Assembly (NCBI RefSeq): GCF_009914755.1
Contig: NC_060939.1
Origin: the human T2T-CHM13v2.0 reference genome, Homo sapiens
Reading direction: 5' to 3' (one strand)
Length of the DNA stretch: 64,000 nucleotides
In this document: piece after piece, positions 31,786 through 49,912 of the stretch
Layout: the number at the start of each line of letters is the position of its first letter
How positions within the stretch are numbered: the stretch's first letter is position 1
Made by a program: the position numbers and the translations under genes
The notes under the pieces: generated by a model
Database searches by the model: none
The model's input: only the letters and a program-made list of their open reading frames with translations
What the model was told of the DNA's origin: nothing

Positions 31786-33384
31786 TATGTTCCCATTTTC
31801 CAGATGTGGAATCTAGGCTCACCAGTAGGTGACAGAATAAAGATATGCAACATATTTGATGTCAAAGTTTGATCCTAGTCACTACCTCTTCTAACCTGAG
31901 AAGTCTGCTTTGTACTAACTAGATCTGAACTATTCAGTACAGGTCTGATCCAATTTTAACAGGATATTTTTCAGAACAGTGCAGCAACTCCGAAATGTTT
32001 TTAGTATAAAGTCCTCTTATTAATGATAGCAACGGCATCTACATATGTTTGAAAACGATGCCATATTGATGCTGGAGATATATTGTCGTTTTCATTTGTA
32101 GATAATGCATGGCCAGCAAATGAGTTCATATTCACCTTGCAGTAACTCTATGGCTTCCTTGGACTCCTGTTCAGCCACATGAGACTCTTTGCATAAGTTC
32201 CTTCCCTTCTTTCTCATCTATAGAATGAGGATAATAAGACCTAGTTTGAAAAATTGTTGGAAGGATTAAGACAAAAGTGTAGGTATAGGGCTTAATATGA
32301 TAACTGATCCATTGTCATGTTTAATGAATAATCTTGAAGACCTTTCAGAGTAGATTGCGACACTGGACTACATTTTTAAAAACTTTTCCAGGAAAACTAA
32401 TTGGTAGCCAATGAAATCATTGACAGCTACAGGGTCACTGTGATAATACATGTATTGAGTTCACCCTGTGCTCTTACACAGATAGGATATTTCAACTTTT
32501 ATTGAATAGGGTGAAATAGGGTGTTTCAATTTTTATTAACCGTTCCTAGGGAAACAGTTTGTGTAAGAGCACAGGGTCAAGAAAATATAAGAAGCAGAAT
32601 TTCATCCAGTACATTCTATATACAACATGATTGATAAAATTATGAAATGAAATGAGGAAATATTTCAGACAAGGGCTATGCCTGAACCAAAACCAAAAAT
32701 AAGTTTTAAAAGTTTTGTTGATTCTACTTAATTTACTCATCAGACAACATTTTTAAGAGCACAAGATTTAACATGTTCTCAAAGTTTCCAAATTATTGCT
32801 GACCTTTGTGGAAGAAGCCAATTCATTTATCTTACTTTCGAAAATAACAAAGTTTCTATTTAATGATGTTTTACTATTTTGATTTCTAATTAATTTCCTG
32901 GTCTGGTCCTTAAGGGGAAAAGTTGTTACAATTATATCAAGAGATTTAAAAATCGCATATTTACTACTAGAAAATTTCTAAATATCTTTTTTCTTTTAAG
33001 ATGAACCATTACTCGTTGAATTTTAAAATTACAAAAGGTGGTTCTATAATATTACAGGCTTTCCTGTTGTGTTGGTAAATTTCTAGCTGCAGCATAATCT
33101 TCATATAATGTCATATTCTATAAATCCCTGCTAAAGAGCAAGATCTATTGCTCGTCTACATCCTGCTGAGAAAGCAAGTTAAACTGATTTCACATGTGGA
33201 GGAGCCTGCTGAACTCATTTTCCTGCTTGGAAGCATGGAGGGGAAGTGGAAGGAGCGGAAAAAGAAAAGGACTTTCCCCTTTAAAATAAATTCCAGCTCA
33301 CCTGTAAGCCAAACCAAATAAAGACAGTATAGGGATTAAAGCCATGGCCTCTAGCGTCACAAGAAAAAAAAAATACATCTATAT

Positions 33385-33531
33385 TTAAATGTAATGTTGG
33401 TTCCTTAGTTGTGAAAAAGTTACCATAGTGATGTAAGACATTAACAACAGAGGAGTCTGGGTGAGAGGTATAGAGACTCTGTATATCTTTGCAACTTTTT
33501 GGTAAACCTAAACCTATTCTCAAATGAAAAG
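33385..33531 (+). mobile_element. Old L1M 3'-terminal fragment abutting the OXR1 retrocopy
   Basis: ctgggtgagaggtatagagactctgtatatctttgcaactttttggtaaacctaaa. Confidence 0.7.
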
Positions 33532-34547
33532 TTTACTGCCAGATCAAATTGAAAAGCTTACCAAGCATCTTCCACCAAGAACAATTGGCTATCCACGGAC
33601 TCTTGTTTATGGTACTGGAAAACATGGCACAAGCTTGCTTGAAAACTCTTTATCGAACAATGACAGGTTTAGACACCCCAGTGCTGATGGTAATTAAAGA
33701 CAGTGATGGACAGGTTTTTGGTGCGTTAGCAGCTGAGCCATTTAAAGTGAGTGATGGCTTTTATGGTACTGGAGAGACCTTTGTTTTTACATTCTGTCCA
33801 GAGTTTGAGGTCTTTAAGTGGACAGGAGATAACATGTTTTTTATCAAAGGAGACATGGATTCACTAGCTTTCGGTGGTGGAGGAGGAGAATTTGCCCTTT
33901 GGCTTGATGGAGATCTCTACCATGCAAGAAGCCATTCTTGTAAAACGTTTGGGAATCGTACACTTTCTAAGAAGGAAGATTTCTTTATCCAAGATATTGA
34001 AATCTGGGCTTTTGAATAAATACAATGCTCTCTGTCTTAGCAGGAGAATGGCCCAAACCTGACATGGACAAGCATTGTTTGGAAAGTTCAAGAAGCAATA
34101 CAGTGTAACATGTCACTTGTGCTTTAAAATTGGTCTGTCTCACCATTTATTACAGGTATAATTTTGGAGTTTATTTTTCAAATAATGTTCTTGTCCCAGA
34201 GTTCTTTAGGTTAACACTATGGACTGCGTCCATGTACTAGTATAACAGCTTGGGTTTGTTAGAATTTGGGCAACATTTTGATTATAATGACAACTTCATT
34301 TTCACATGTTACTCAGTTCCCTAATAGGATGGTGCTCTTTTGTTGAACCTGTATTTTTTTTTTTTAACTATATTGATTCGTTTACTAGAACCATCTAATT
34401 GGGGCATTGAGGAAATGAAGACTAGATACTTCTGTATCTGTGAAGTTGGCACAGGTAACATTTGGACATGTTCATCTTATTCTTAGGAAGGAAAAAATCA
34501 CTTGCCAAAATAATACATACTTCATAGACAAAAAAAAAAAAAAAAAA
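33532..34547 (+). pseudogene. OXR1: Processed pseudogene (retrocopy) of OXR1: 5'-truncated TLDc-domain CDS, ~510 nt 3'UTR and poly(A)
   Basis: Intronless LLPDQIEKLTKHLPPRTIGYP..GTS / LKTLYRTMTGLDTPVLMVIKDSDGQVFG...DIEIWAFE* matching the recalled OXR1 C-terminus; 4-nt duplication (agcttgcttg, ~33632-33641) shifts frame; A18 tail at 34530-34547. The symbol is that of the parent gene. Confidence 0.93.
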
Positions 34548-34549
34548 GA

Positions 34550-34750
34550 CTTGGGTATAACTTTTGGCTTTGCCTGCTGCAAGCTTGTGTTAACCATGAA
34601 CAAATTACTTATCTTCTCTAAGCCTTGATTTTAGCCAACCATAAAGTGCTTATACAGAGCCTCACTCAAAAAGCTGTTGTGAGGATTAAAGGAGTTAGTG
34701 AAGTGCTTGGCACAATGCTCATCATCAAGTTAGCATCTGTAAATTAGTTG
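34550..34750 (+). mobile_element. MIR SINE
   Basis: aaattacttatcttctctaagcct...gttgtgaggattaaa...gtgcttggcacaatg. Confidence 0.6.
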
Positions 34751-35178
34751 TTCTCATGACTGTGCCCACCAAAGGACTGTGCACTTCAGTACTCAAGGGA
34801 GAGCATGGTCCCTTCAATCCACCCTGTCTTGATTCTCCAGTACTGTTGATAGCAGAGTCATCTTCACAAACACCCAGGCTCTAAATCCCTTCTCAGTAGG
34901 TCCTGGAAGCATGGGTGTGTCATATTCTCAATCTTGTCACCTCTTCATTTCCACCACATCTACCCTGGCTCTGGCCTTGTTCCTTGCCTGACTGTCCTTG
35001 GACATTGTCCTCCTGGTTCCTTGGCTGTTTGCTCTGTTCCTCCAAGTCCTCCTATTATATGGCTTCCCTAATCTCTCTAAATCATGCTACCAAAACTTCA
35101 ACAACTCTCCCTTTTCTATGAACCAAATTTCGAATTCTTTGGCTTTGACATCCAAGACCATCCATGATCATGATCTAG

Positions 35179-35528
<350 letters not shown>

Positions 35529-35663
35529 TTCACATACTTTTAAATCTGGTTTACCTGAATCTTTAGGTAATCATATGCCTAAACCTTAATAATAGCAAAC
35601 ACTGAGGCCCAGACAGGCTACAGAAACAGCTAAGACACAGAGCTAATGACAAAGCAGACTTTA

Positions 35664-36132
<469 letters not shown>

Positions 36133-37009
36133 GTAGTAAAGGTGGCCAGGAGTTTCTGCAGAATAATAAGGACTAAAAGCATCCAACTGAGGAAAGGAAC
36201 AAAGGACAAGCTTGCTGTCTAAAGCAGTAGTCCAGGTAGGGGTTCCTTACCTCAGGGAGGCTGAAAAAGCTACACTCTCCACCTGAGGCCACAAGTTATA
36301 TTAAAACTATGTATCTAGAGAGCCTAGAGGTTAAAGGCAGAGCTTTGCAGCCAGGAACTGGGCCAAGCTGCCTGCTGGCTCAGTGACTAGCTTTAGAATA
36401 GCCCCACTAGATCAGAAATCACCTATGTAAGACCCAGTCTTGGACTGGGTACTATATGGAGCCCATATGGAGGCAACCAAAAGAACTAGACAGTGGTGGG
36501 AGAGAACTCAGAAGGAGAAAAAAAATCTTCTTCACTGTTAGACTGCAAGTTAGACTGCAAGCCAAAATTCCACACGCGTGGGGGAAACTAATTCTGTGTA
36601 AGGCAAAAACAAACAAACAAAAAGCAACAATTTGGATATGAACTCACTCCCAAGTGACATGATAAATTACTCTAGAAGTAACTTTAAGAATTTCTTAGTC
36701 TTTAAAAATATAAATACATAGAATCTATTAGAAAACAAGATTACTAAACAGGTAGAAATTTTACAAAAAGTCTAGGTGTAAAAACACCAACTAGAAATCC
36801 CGGAAGTGAAATTTCAAAACTCAATAAATTAAACAAACAAAGACAGAATTAGCAAACTGGAAGATAGTACTTCCAGTGAAAAAAGACCTCCACAAAGTAG
36901 CACAGAAAAATAAAAGTATACAAAAGAACAATGAAGAGAAACGAGGATGGGGCTATGTCTAAGAGAAGTTCCAGAAGCAGGAAACAGAAGGAATGGTGGA
37001 GTTAGAGTG

Positions 37010-37305
37010 GCTTCCTTCTAATCTTTACCCAAATGTTACCATCTCAGCGTGACCAACCCTCACTATTCTATTTAAATTTGTAACCACTCCCTCTTTACTC
37101 CTCTTTTTACCCTTACCTGCCCTTATTTTCTCCATAGCACTTACCAACTTCTAACATACTACATAAGTTATGTGTATTTACTGTCTCCCCTGACTAGAGT
37201 GTGAACCATGAAGGTAGAAACTCATGTTTTGATAAGCATTGTATCACCCTAGAACATTAACAATCAGTTGTTGACACCTCATAAATATTTGTTTAATGAA
37301 TAGCT
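37010..37305 (+). mobile_element. L2 3' fragment
   Basis: tctccatagcacttacc...ctgtctcccctgactagagtgtgaa...ataaatatttgtttaatgaat. Confidence 0.65.
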
Positions 37306-37410
37306 ATTGGCTGAGCATTTTTCATAATCGAAGAAAAGTGGTAAGTCCTCAGCTTGAAGGTGAACAGCAAAGATCTAAAAAAAAGTTATAACACATTATT
37401 GTCACAATTA

Positions 37411-37742
<332 letters not shown>

Positions 37743-39584
37743 TTTTTTAAGTGTATATGTATATAAATATTTATCAATATTCAATGTCCTAAATATGACA
37801 ATTGTATTTAAGAAATAAAATGTTTTTGTTCTTAGAAAATGTATGCTGAAGTATTTAGGAAGGAATACTCAGGGTGTCTGCAAATAATCTTCATGGTTAA
37901 GGAAAAATGTTTTTATATACATGTACATACTATGTACATGCATACATATGTATATTTACAGACAAATATAAAACAAATGTAGAAAGTAAACAATTGGTAA
38001 ATCTAAATGCAGGGTATATAGGTGTTTATTTTCTACAGATTATGAAGATTTTCAATATAAAAAGTTGGGGAAAATAAAGAAAAAATTAATAAATACACAG
38101 AAAAGAGATTACTCCAGTACGTAACAAATAAATAAAAATAAGGAAATTTCTGGTGATACTGGAGTGAAGAAGCTCCCCACCGGCCCCCCCCAAAAAAAAT
38201 TACTACAAAACTGAAAAAAGAAGAAAAACAACCATTTCAGGGCTCCAAAAATCAACCAAAGGGAAACAACCAAAATTGAGAAGCTGCTGAACTTTGGAAG
38301 ATCAGTGAGACTCTGAGGCGTTCTTACCAGGGGCTGCTCCCATTCCGCTCCCCAGCTTGATCAGTGAGGTAGTGCTAACAGTGTAGGAATGACAGTGAAC
38401 ATTAGCAGCCTCTCTGCTACAGTGGGCTCACTTGATTTGGAGTAGAAGGAAAGGAGCCCATGCCCAGTAGTAGGGTTAGTTAAAAACAGTAAAGTTAGAG
38501 GGACAAAAACAGGGAAGATGCATAGCTCCGCTAGTCTGAGATTGCAGTCCCATTTGGGGCAAGAGATGGGCAGACTAATTTTTAAATTAACAGGAAGAAA
38601 GTCTAGAAATGAGGGGCTAAATAAGCTCTCCGCATATCTCTGCTGGAGTGGGAGGCTGTGTGCATATGTAGGGAAAACCTAAGAAAGCCCATGCTCACCA
38701 CATATCCCTGAACTAATGAGGATGTGCACATGAGCAGGAAGACCTGGAAGCGCTCAGAGGGAAGCAAAGTGGAGGAAGACTGGAAAATTGCCTGAACATT
38801 GAATGCACAGACACATCAGCATAGGATGAAGACCTACTGACTCAAGGTTTTTCAATACAGCCTTCAACCAATAATTGAATAATCATTAAGCAATACAGAT
38901 GCATAGAAATCCCCTAAAATGACCAGCTAAAAACTAGAAATGCAAATTAAAACAACAGTGGAGAAATCAGCAGGCACACACCATAGAGGATTTTGCAGAT
39001 AAAGTCTAAGCAAATAATGAAACAACACAACAATAATAATAAACCAGCAATAACAACCCCCAGGGGAACAAATACCAAATCCAGAGTTGCCACAATATGT
39101 TACGTAAAATTTCCAGTTTTCAACAAATTTATAGCGTATGTAAAGAAACAGAAAGTCTGATTTATATCAAAGAAAAAAGCTGTCAAGAAAAACTATGCAT
39201 GTGCTTGGATGTTGAATAAAGACTAAAAGTCACAAAAGGACAAATACTGCATGATTTCACTTACATGAGATTTCTAAAATAGTCAAACTCACAGAAACAG
39301 AATAGAAGGGGGCTGTCAGGGGAAATGGGGAGTTACTGTTCAACAGGTATAATGTTTTAGTTACTCAAGATGAAAACGTTCTAGAGATCTGATGTAAAAC
39401 ACTGTATGTATAGTTAACAACACTGTATTGTGCACTTAAAAATTTGTTGAGTATATCTTACCTTCCTGTGTTCTTACCAGACAAAAAATATTTACCAGAA
39501 AAATATATGGAAAAGAAAAAAATAAGATGAAAATATGATGACAATGACTCAACAGGGAATATTGTATTATAGTTGCTATTTTAA

Positions 39585-40873
<1,289 letters not shown>

Positions 40874-41018
40874 GAATACATGATCAATGATGAATCTCTG
40901 GTTAAAAAAAAAGTCATGCTTTTAATTCTTTAAACATTTTACCTTAATTTTTAAAACACATTTGTAATAGCTGCTTTGTAGCTATTTTTAAACAAGTAAC
41001 TATTAAAGAGCCAAATGT

Positions 41019-41275
41019 GGCCAGGTCTGGTGGCTCATGCTTAAAATTTCAGCACTTTGGGAGGCCAGGAGTTCGAGATCAGCCTGGGCAACATGGTGAG
41101 ATCCCTTACTTATAATTAAAAAAAAAAAATTAGCCAGGCATGGTGGCATACACCTGTAGTCCCAGCTACTTGGGAGGCTGAGCGGGGAGGATCACTTGAG
41201 CCCAGGAGTTCAAGGCTGCCATGACTGCACCACTGTACTCCAGCCTGGGAGACAGAGTGATATACTGTCTTAAAA
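41019..41275 (+). mobile_element. AluJ-like with ~25-nt left-arm deletion
   Basis: tgggaggcc|aggagttcgag junction; followed by a TA-rich tail. Confidence 0.9.
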
Positions 41276-41327
41276 TATATACATACATATATATAAAATG
41301 ATGTTTTTGTATCCATTAACCAACCAC

Positions 41328-41538
41328 TCTAGTATAGTAGGGTAACTATAGTTAACAATAATTTGTTGTAAAGTTCAAAATTGCTGGAGGAATTGGCAGG
41401 TTCCCAATATAAAGAAGGGGTGACTGTTTGGGGTGATGGATGTCCCAGTTGCCCTGGTCGATCATTACACATTGCATGCATGTATCAAAATATGTCTATC
41501 CCCAAAATATGTACAACTATTATGCATCAATTTAAAAA
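41328..41538 (+). mobile_element. L1MA-type 3' end
   Basis: gtagggtaactatagttaacaataattt...ggtgatggatgtccc...atgtacaactattatgcatcaat. Confidence 0.75.
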
Positions 41539-43627
41539 GAGCCAAATGAAAATTCTAGAGTCAGAAAGTTCAATAGCTGAAATGAAAATTCCTAGATAGG
41601 CTAAACAGCAGAATTGAGATGGCAGAAGGATCAGGAAACTTGCACATAGATTAATAAAATTATCCAATATGAAAAACAATAATGATTAAAGAAGAATGCA
41701 CAGTGCCTCAAAGACCTGTGACACAATGGTAAGCATATTAATGTATATGAAAGCCCCAGAAAGAGGAAACGAGGACAGAAAAAAATAATTGAAGAAATAG
41801 TGGCCAAAAAACTGCCTAAATTGTATTAAAAGGATAAATCTAGAAATCCTAGAAGCTCAACAGACTCTAAGTAGGATAAACACAAATTCAGACCTAGACA
41901 CACCATGCTCAGACTGTTGAAAGCCAAAGAGAAAATCTTAAAAACAGTATAAGAAAAACAATTCATCATATATAAAGAACAACAGGATTAACAGTTGACT
42001 TTTCATCATGAATAGTGGTGACCATAAGGCAGTGGAATGACATATTCAAAATGCTGGAGGAAAAAAGTCAACCGAGAACTCTAAATATATCACATACTGT
42101 CCTTCATATATAAATTTGAAATATATTCCAAAATCCACAAAGACTGAGAGAATTTGTTGCTGGCATACTTGCCTTACTTGGAATACTAAAGGAAGTAGAA
42201 TATAGATGAAAGGAAATGACAACAGACCTGGCAACTAGAATCCATGGGAACAAAGAAAGAGCAGCAGAAATGATTACTACGTCAGTAAATATAAAGAACT
42301 ATAAATATACATTTCTTCTATTAAATTCTTTAGAAGACATATTGCTTTATTGTATAAAGCAATAATTATAACACTGTAATATATACATATATACATATAC
42401 ATATATATATATATACACACATACATATATAAGACATAATAGCACAAAGGAGGGGCAAGGAAATGAAGCTAAACTGGGGCAAAGTTGCTATATTGTACCA
42501 GAAGTTAGTCAATATTCATGTGAAGTAGGCCGTAGTAAGTTAAGATACCTATGATAAGTAGAGACACCACTTAGAAAAATAGCTAAAAAAAAAAAGGTTA
42601 AAAAAACTAAAATGGTACCCTCATAAATATCTGTTTAATGCAGAAGAAGGCAATAAAAGAGCAATTCAATAACGAAAGATACACAGTAACCAAATAGCAA
42701 AATGGAAAATGCAAACCTAACAAAATTGTAGTAAATTTTAATGCACCTAAAAACTCCAATCAAAGCTTCTCTGATAAAAAAAAAAAAAGCAACATCCAGC
42801 ACTATACTGTCTTCCAGAGACTCACTTCAAATTAAAAGATACAAATAGGTTAAAAGGAAAAAAACAGAAAGACATGCCATGCAAACAGTAATCATAAGAG
42901 AGCTGCAGTGGCTGTAGTAATTATAGACACAATGGACTTTTAAAACAAGAAATATAGTAGATACAAAGAGGGATATTTTAAAATAATAAAGGGCCAATTC
43001 ATCTGAAAGGCATAACAGATATAAAGGTATATATACCTAACAACAAAGCTTCAAAATACATGAAGCAAGAACTGACAGAATTGAAAGAAAAAAGTTTAAC
43101 AATTACAGCCAGAGATTACAATATCTCACTCTTAATAACCAGTTGAACAAATAGGAATAAAATCAGCAAGGCTATAGCAGACTTGAACAATGCTATCAAC
43201 CAACTTGAACTGACATTTTTGAATACTCCATCCAAAAAGAGCAGAATATACATTCTTTTCAGGTGCATGTGAAACATTCCAGGATAGGCCATATGCCAGG
43301 CCATAAAACAAGTCTCAAGAAATTTAAAAGGATGGAAATCATTCAAAGTATATTATCTGAAAACAAGTAAATTAAAAATAAATAAGAAAGAAACTTTGAA
43401 AATCTGCAATTCTTAGAAATGAAGTAACATACTTCTAAATAATCTGTGGGTCAAAAGAAAAATCGCAAGGGAAGTTTGAAAATATTTTGAACTAAATGAA
43501 AACAACAATACAACATATCAAAACATATGAGGTGCAACTTAAACAGTGCTTAGAGAGAAATTCAGAGCTTTATACATCTATATCAATAGAGAACAGTTTC
43601 ATATCAATAATCTAAACTTTCACTTTA

Positions 43628-43948
<321 letters not shown>

Positions 43949-46119
43949 ACAAAGAACAGTTAATTAGACATAAAGCAAACAGAAGGAAGAGGGAAAAATC
44001 AATGAAATTGGCAATAGAAAAACAAGAGAAAAGAGAAGAACCCAAAAGTTCTTTGGGGGAAAACAAATCAACTAATCTGATAAACCTTTAGATAGACTAA
44101 GAAAAAAATGAGATGACACAGAATACCAAAATCAGGAATGAAAGGGGGACATCATTATCAAGCCTACTGAAATGAAAGGATTATGAGAATACTATGGCTA
44201 ACTGTGTCAACAAATTAGACAATTTAGATAAAATAGCCAAATTCCTCAAAAACCAAAAACTACCAAAACTGACTAAAGAAAAAATGGAAATTATGAATAG
44301 CTCTATAACAAGAAAATACATTACTTAAAATCCACACTTCTGCACCACCCCCACCACCAGCCCAGGCTAGATGCCTTCACCTAGTAAACTCCATCCAATA
44401 TATAAAGAAGAAGTAATACCAATGCTACACCAATTCTTTCAGAAAACACAGGCAAGGAAACACTTTCCAACTCACCCTATGGGACTGGTATTACCCTTTT
44501 ACCAAAGCAAGACAGAGAGCATGGGAAAACAAGAGACCAATATCTCTCAAGAACATACACATGAAAATCTTTAACAAAGTATAAAATAAAATAAAAATCC
44601 AGCAACATTAAAAAAAGGGCTAAATATCATGACAAAGTGAGATTTATGTGATCATGATATCTACAGGGCTCCTGCCTCCCTTTTGTTCTGCCATGACCTT
44701 TCAAACCAATGTACACCACTAGTCATAGTTTGGCTGTGTAGTCCCTTCATTTGCACACTAATAAGTGGATACCTTCATATTTATCATAATAGAATTAGGT
44801 TACCTTGTCATACACCCTATACCACACCCTATCTCCAACCAATTGGATATAGGATGTATGACATAAAGTAACTTAATCCTATTGAGATTATGAGTATCAA
44901 AAAAGATTAAGGATACTCTAAAAGGAGCAGAAAGCAAGAGAACTTCCAATTTCAACCTTAATGTTGAGAGTTTAAATAACTGACATGGATTTTGAACCAA
45001 GTGGAAAAGGTAGGTGAGCAACGAGCCTAGATTCTAAGTTTACTAAAAACAAGGGCTTAAAACGATCAAGCACCAACCAGATCCATAGGGAGCATAAACT
45101 TGGCTGTTTTAGAGTTTTTTTCTAGAGTGAGAGATGACAGCCTAACTGTTGGAGAAGGAGCATTGTATCTTCAGGAATACAAGTGAGACTTTGACAAGAT
45201 GGTTTGTTCCTTACTATAGCTGTATGTGAATTCAAGCACTGAAGTCCAGGACCAATTTTTAGACTTATTTATCCCTGGTCAAGAGTTAAGGTGACAGAGC
45301 TTTCCAAGCCCAAAAAGTTTTCCTTCTCGGTTCTTGCTTTTAGAGATGGTTATCAGGAGGAGGAGGATGCATCTTGCCGTCTCCCCATCACCACCTAAGT
45401 TATCTGGCTCTGGGTGGAAAAATACACTAGATTAACCCCCAAATACAATCCATAATATAGTAGGTGTGGGAGATGTGAGAGAAAGCTATAGTTAACTGTT
45501 TTCGGAAGCACTTGCATACAGCTAAATGTTCATACCCATCGCTAGGGATCTGAAAAAGAATTCACCTAAAAACAATGATATTTAGGTAGTCATTCATTTC
45601 TGCATGTATTCTTCAGTTTAGAATTATAACCTTTAACCTAGAGCATTAATTAGCCAGTTCTGCACTATAAATGAATGTAAAAATCTAATCGTTTTACATT
45701 TTTTGCTACATGACAAAACTTATCTCAATTTTTCAAAAGGTCGTATTTCAGATGAAAAAACAAATGTGAAGCCATAAAAGAGACAAAGTTTTTGGATGTC
45801 ACAGATGATCTGAAATAATGCAAGTAAGAACTAAAAAAATTCAGACTAATATTTAAATAATAAAACCAGGACATAGCTATGTATTTTGTAGTAAACCCTG
45901 GAAAACCTCTAACTGAAAAAAAGATCAAAATTTTGAGTAGATATTGCTAGGAAAAGTCTATGTAGATTAAGTTCATAGCCTCATTAAACATGACTAATTT
46001 CAAAAACTAAATCTGACTAACACATACAAATAATCAAAATTTATGTTTTTTTCTGGGTGAATTTCAAACATGATGCCAATATGACATTTCTGTATTCTGA
46101 ACCACAAAATAATTCATAA

Positions 46120-46436
46120 CAATTCTACAGACCATATGCAAGTTTATTTAAATAAGTTAACACTGCAGAGTGAGTCAATTTATAAGTATAAAAATAGATG
46201 GTTTAGAAACCAAAAATAAGCACCACACAAAAGCAGATTATACATACACCATCAGGCCTTTGGAATATTAAGGCAACATAAATATCTCAAGCAATTTTAG
46301 AAGAATGCTTTACTTATATAACAGATGTTATTAAAACATCTCAAAAGAGGCAGGGCTCACAATTTTTTTCAGTATGAGGTCTTCCCTTCCATTTTTGTTA
46401 ATATATTAATGATTCTTCTTAAATACTGTACCATAA
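46120..46436 (-). other. CEP152: CEP152 3'UTR (3' end approximate)
   Basis: AT-rich unique sequence between the stop codon and the first downstream AATAAA. Confidence 0.7.
46143..46148 (-). terminator. Polyadenylation signal AATAAA for CEP152
   Basis: Plus-strand tttatt, ~290 nt after the stop; U/GU-rich sequence (aattgttatgaattattttgtgg) follows on the minus strand. Confidence 0.7.
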
Positions 46437-47501
<1,065 letters not shown>

Positions 47502-48729
47502 TTAAGAGAAAATTAATATTTAAAGGGAAGATTCATCCTTGAACAAAAAAATAAAAAAAATTAAAAATAAGAAAAAATTTATGTTTTTATACTGTATTCC
47601 CAAAGAATGCTTATATACTGTAATAATTCTTAAAGAAAATACATCAATGCTGGACATTTAAAAATATTCTTTTACATATATCCACTAGATAAAGCTTGGT
47701 AATTTTGTTACTAAGATCTGATATATAATTATTATTGCTATCCATCTGACCTATCATTTTCTGCAATAGATGTTATAGCAATTTCAAGATCCAGCCACAA
47801 TGTTTTCAATCCTGCCCTGATTCTGATGTTAAGAATGGAGTTTCTGACAAGTTCGCTCAAAGAACCCCACCCACCCAATACCTACACATACACTTCTAGA
47901 ATAGCTAAATAGACTTTCTGATTTAATTACCTAAGACACTAAATCTGATCAAAGACAAAGCAGCCACATAGCATGAAATTAGAGGCATTGTATCTCAGAG
48001 TAGCAAGCCCTAGAGTCCATGAAAAGGATTTGCTTCTCTACTGGGGACATTATTTGCACACTGTTGCCCCAGATCTAGAAAATTATTTTCTTGTTATATG
48101 TTACTGCCTTTTCATACCTAAGGTTCACATCACCATTCCAAAATTTATACAAATAATCTTTGGCTTGTACATGAGGAATGTTTACCAACATCAGACTCAT
48201 GGACCCCTGAACAATCTCAGCTTCAAGTTTTCCAGAGGTTCAAGAACCCCATTTCCCCACTGATATGTTAAAAATCTCTCAGTGTGATTGGGAATTTACC
48301 AGTCTTTTTCATGTATTTCTATCAGCTCTTGCTTTATATAAAGCTGTATGATCTACAGAAAGAAAACAATTACAGTTTCTTGGGAGACTATTCCATTATC
48401 ATTATGAACTATCAGCTTTGTCCCTTTTAATGCTAACTCTAATTTATCTAATCTTTTATTTACCTCTATAATTTATCTAATATCAACACTGCATTTGCTT
48501 GGTATATCATTCTCCATCCCCTGATTTTTAATTTTAGATGTTCTTCTTGTAAAAATAGCAAATTTCCACATTTTTAAAAACCCTATTTGAAAGTTGTGGT
48601 CTTTTAATAACTTATATGAGTTTAACCTACTTATATTTAGTGTGATTGTTGATGTTTCAAACTACTATTATGTCCTACTTACCCACGCTTTCTAGGTTTT
48701 TTTCCTCTTTCCTGATTTTGTTAGATTGA

Positions 48730-49071
<342 letters not shown>

Positions 49072-49242
49072 TAAAGAGAGGATTAACCCCACCTGGTTGC
49101 TGTTGGTTTAGAACACCAACTAATTACCCCATTCATATCCCCTAGGCCCTCTATTTCTCCTGGAACATATCACCCTCATATGTGGAACAGTTTTGATATT
49201 GCTCCTAATTGCAATAGTCATCTCCCGGTGGTTTTGAACTGA

Positions 49243-49482
<240 letters not shown>

Positions 49483-49777
49483 CACTGCAACTTTTTAAAA
49501 CCCACTTATAATTTCTTCTTTTTCTCATTCTTTATTTGCTGTTTAAAATCTTTTCTATCATTTCGAGGGATGGAAGCAGCAATAGGAAACTGATGGGCAT
49601 GCTCAGTCTGCCTACTTAAATTGGAAACTGTGTACTCTTTTTGCGTAAACTTCTAGTTTAAGTAAAACATACAAAACTTCACAAATTAACTCTCACTCCT
49701 TACCTTCCCTGCCTTCTTCATACTGAAAATATTAAATAGCTAAAGAAGAAAAGATAGAAAAACCATTTGGCGACTCA

Positions 49778-49912
<135 letters not shown>

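Noticed and set aside
33549-34019. 156-aa ORF as a bona fide OXR1/TLDc gene
   Set aside because: TTG start, out-of-frame N-terminus, no introns, 5' truncation and poly(A) tail indicate a processed pseudogene.
40912-40980. Possible micro-inversion of host L1M sequence beside the L1PA insertion
   Set aside because: The reverse complement resembles L1M 5' sequence, but AT-richness makes this unreliable without an alignment.
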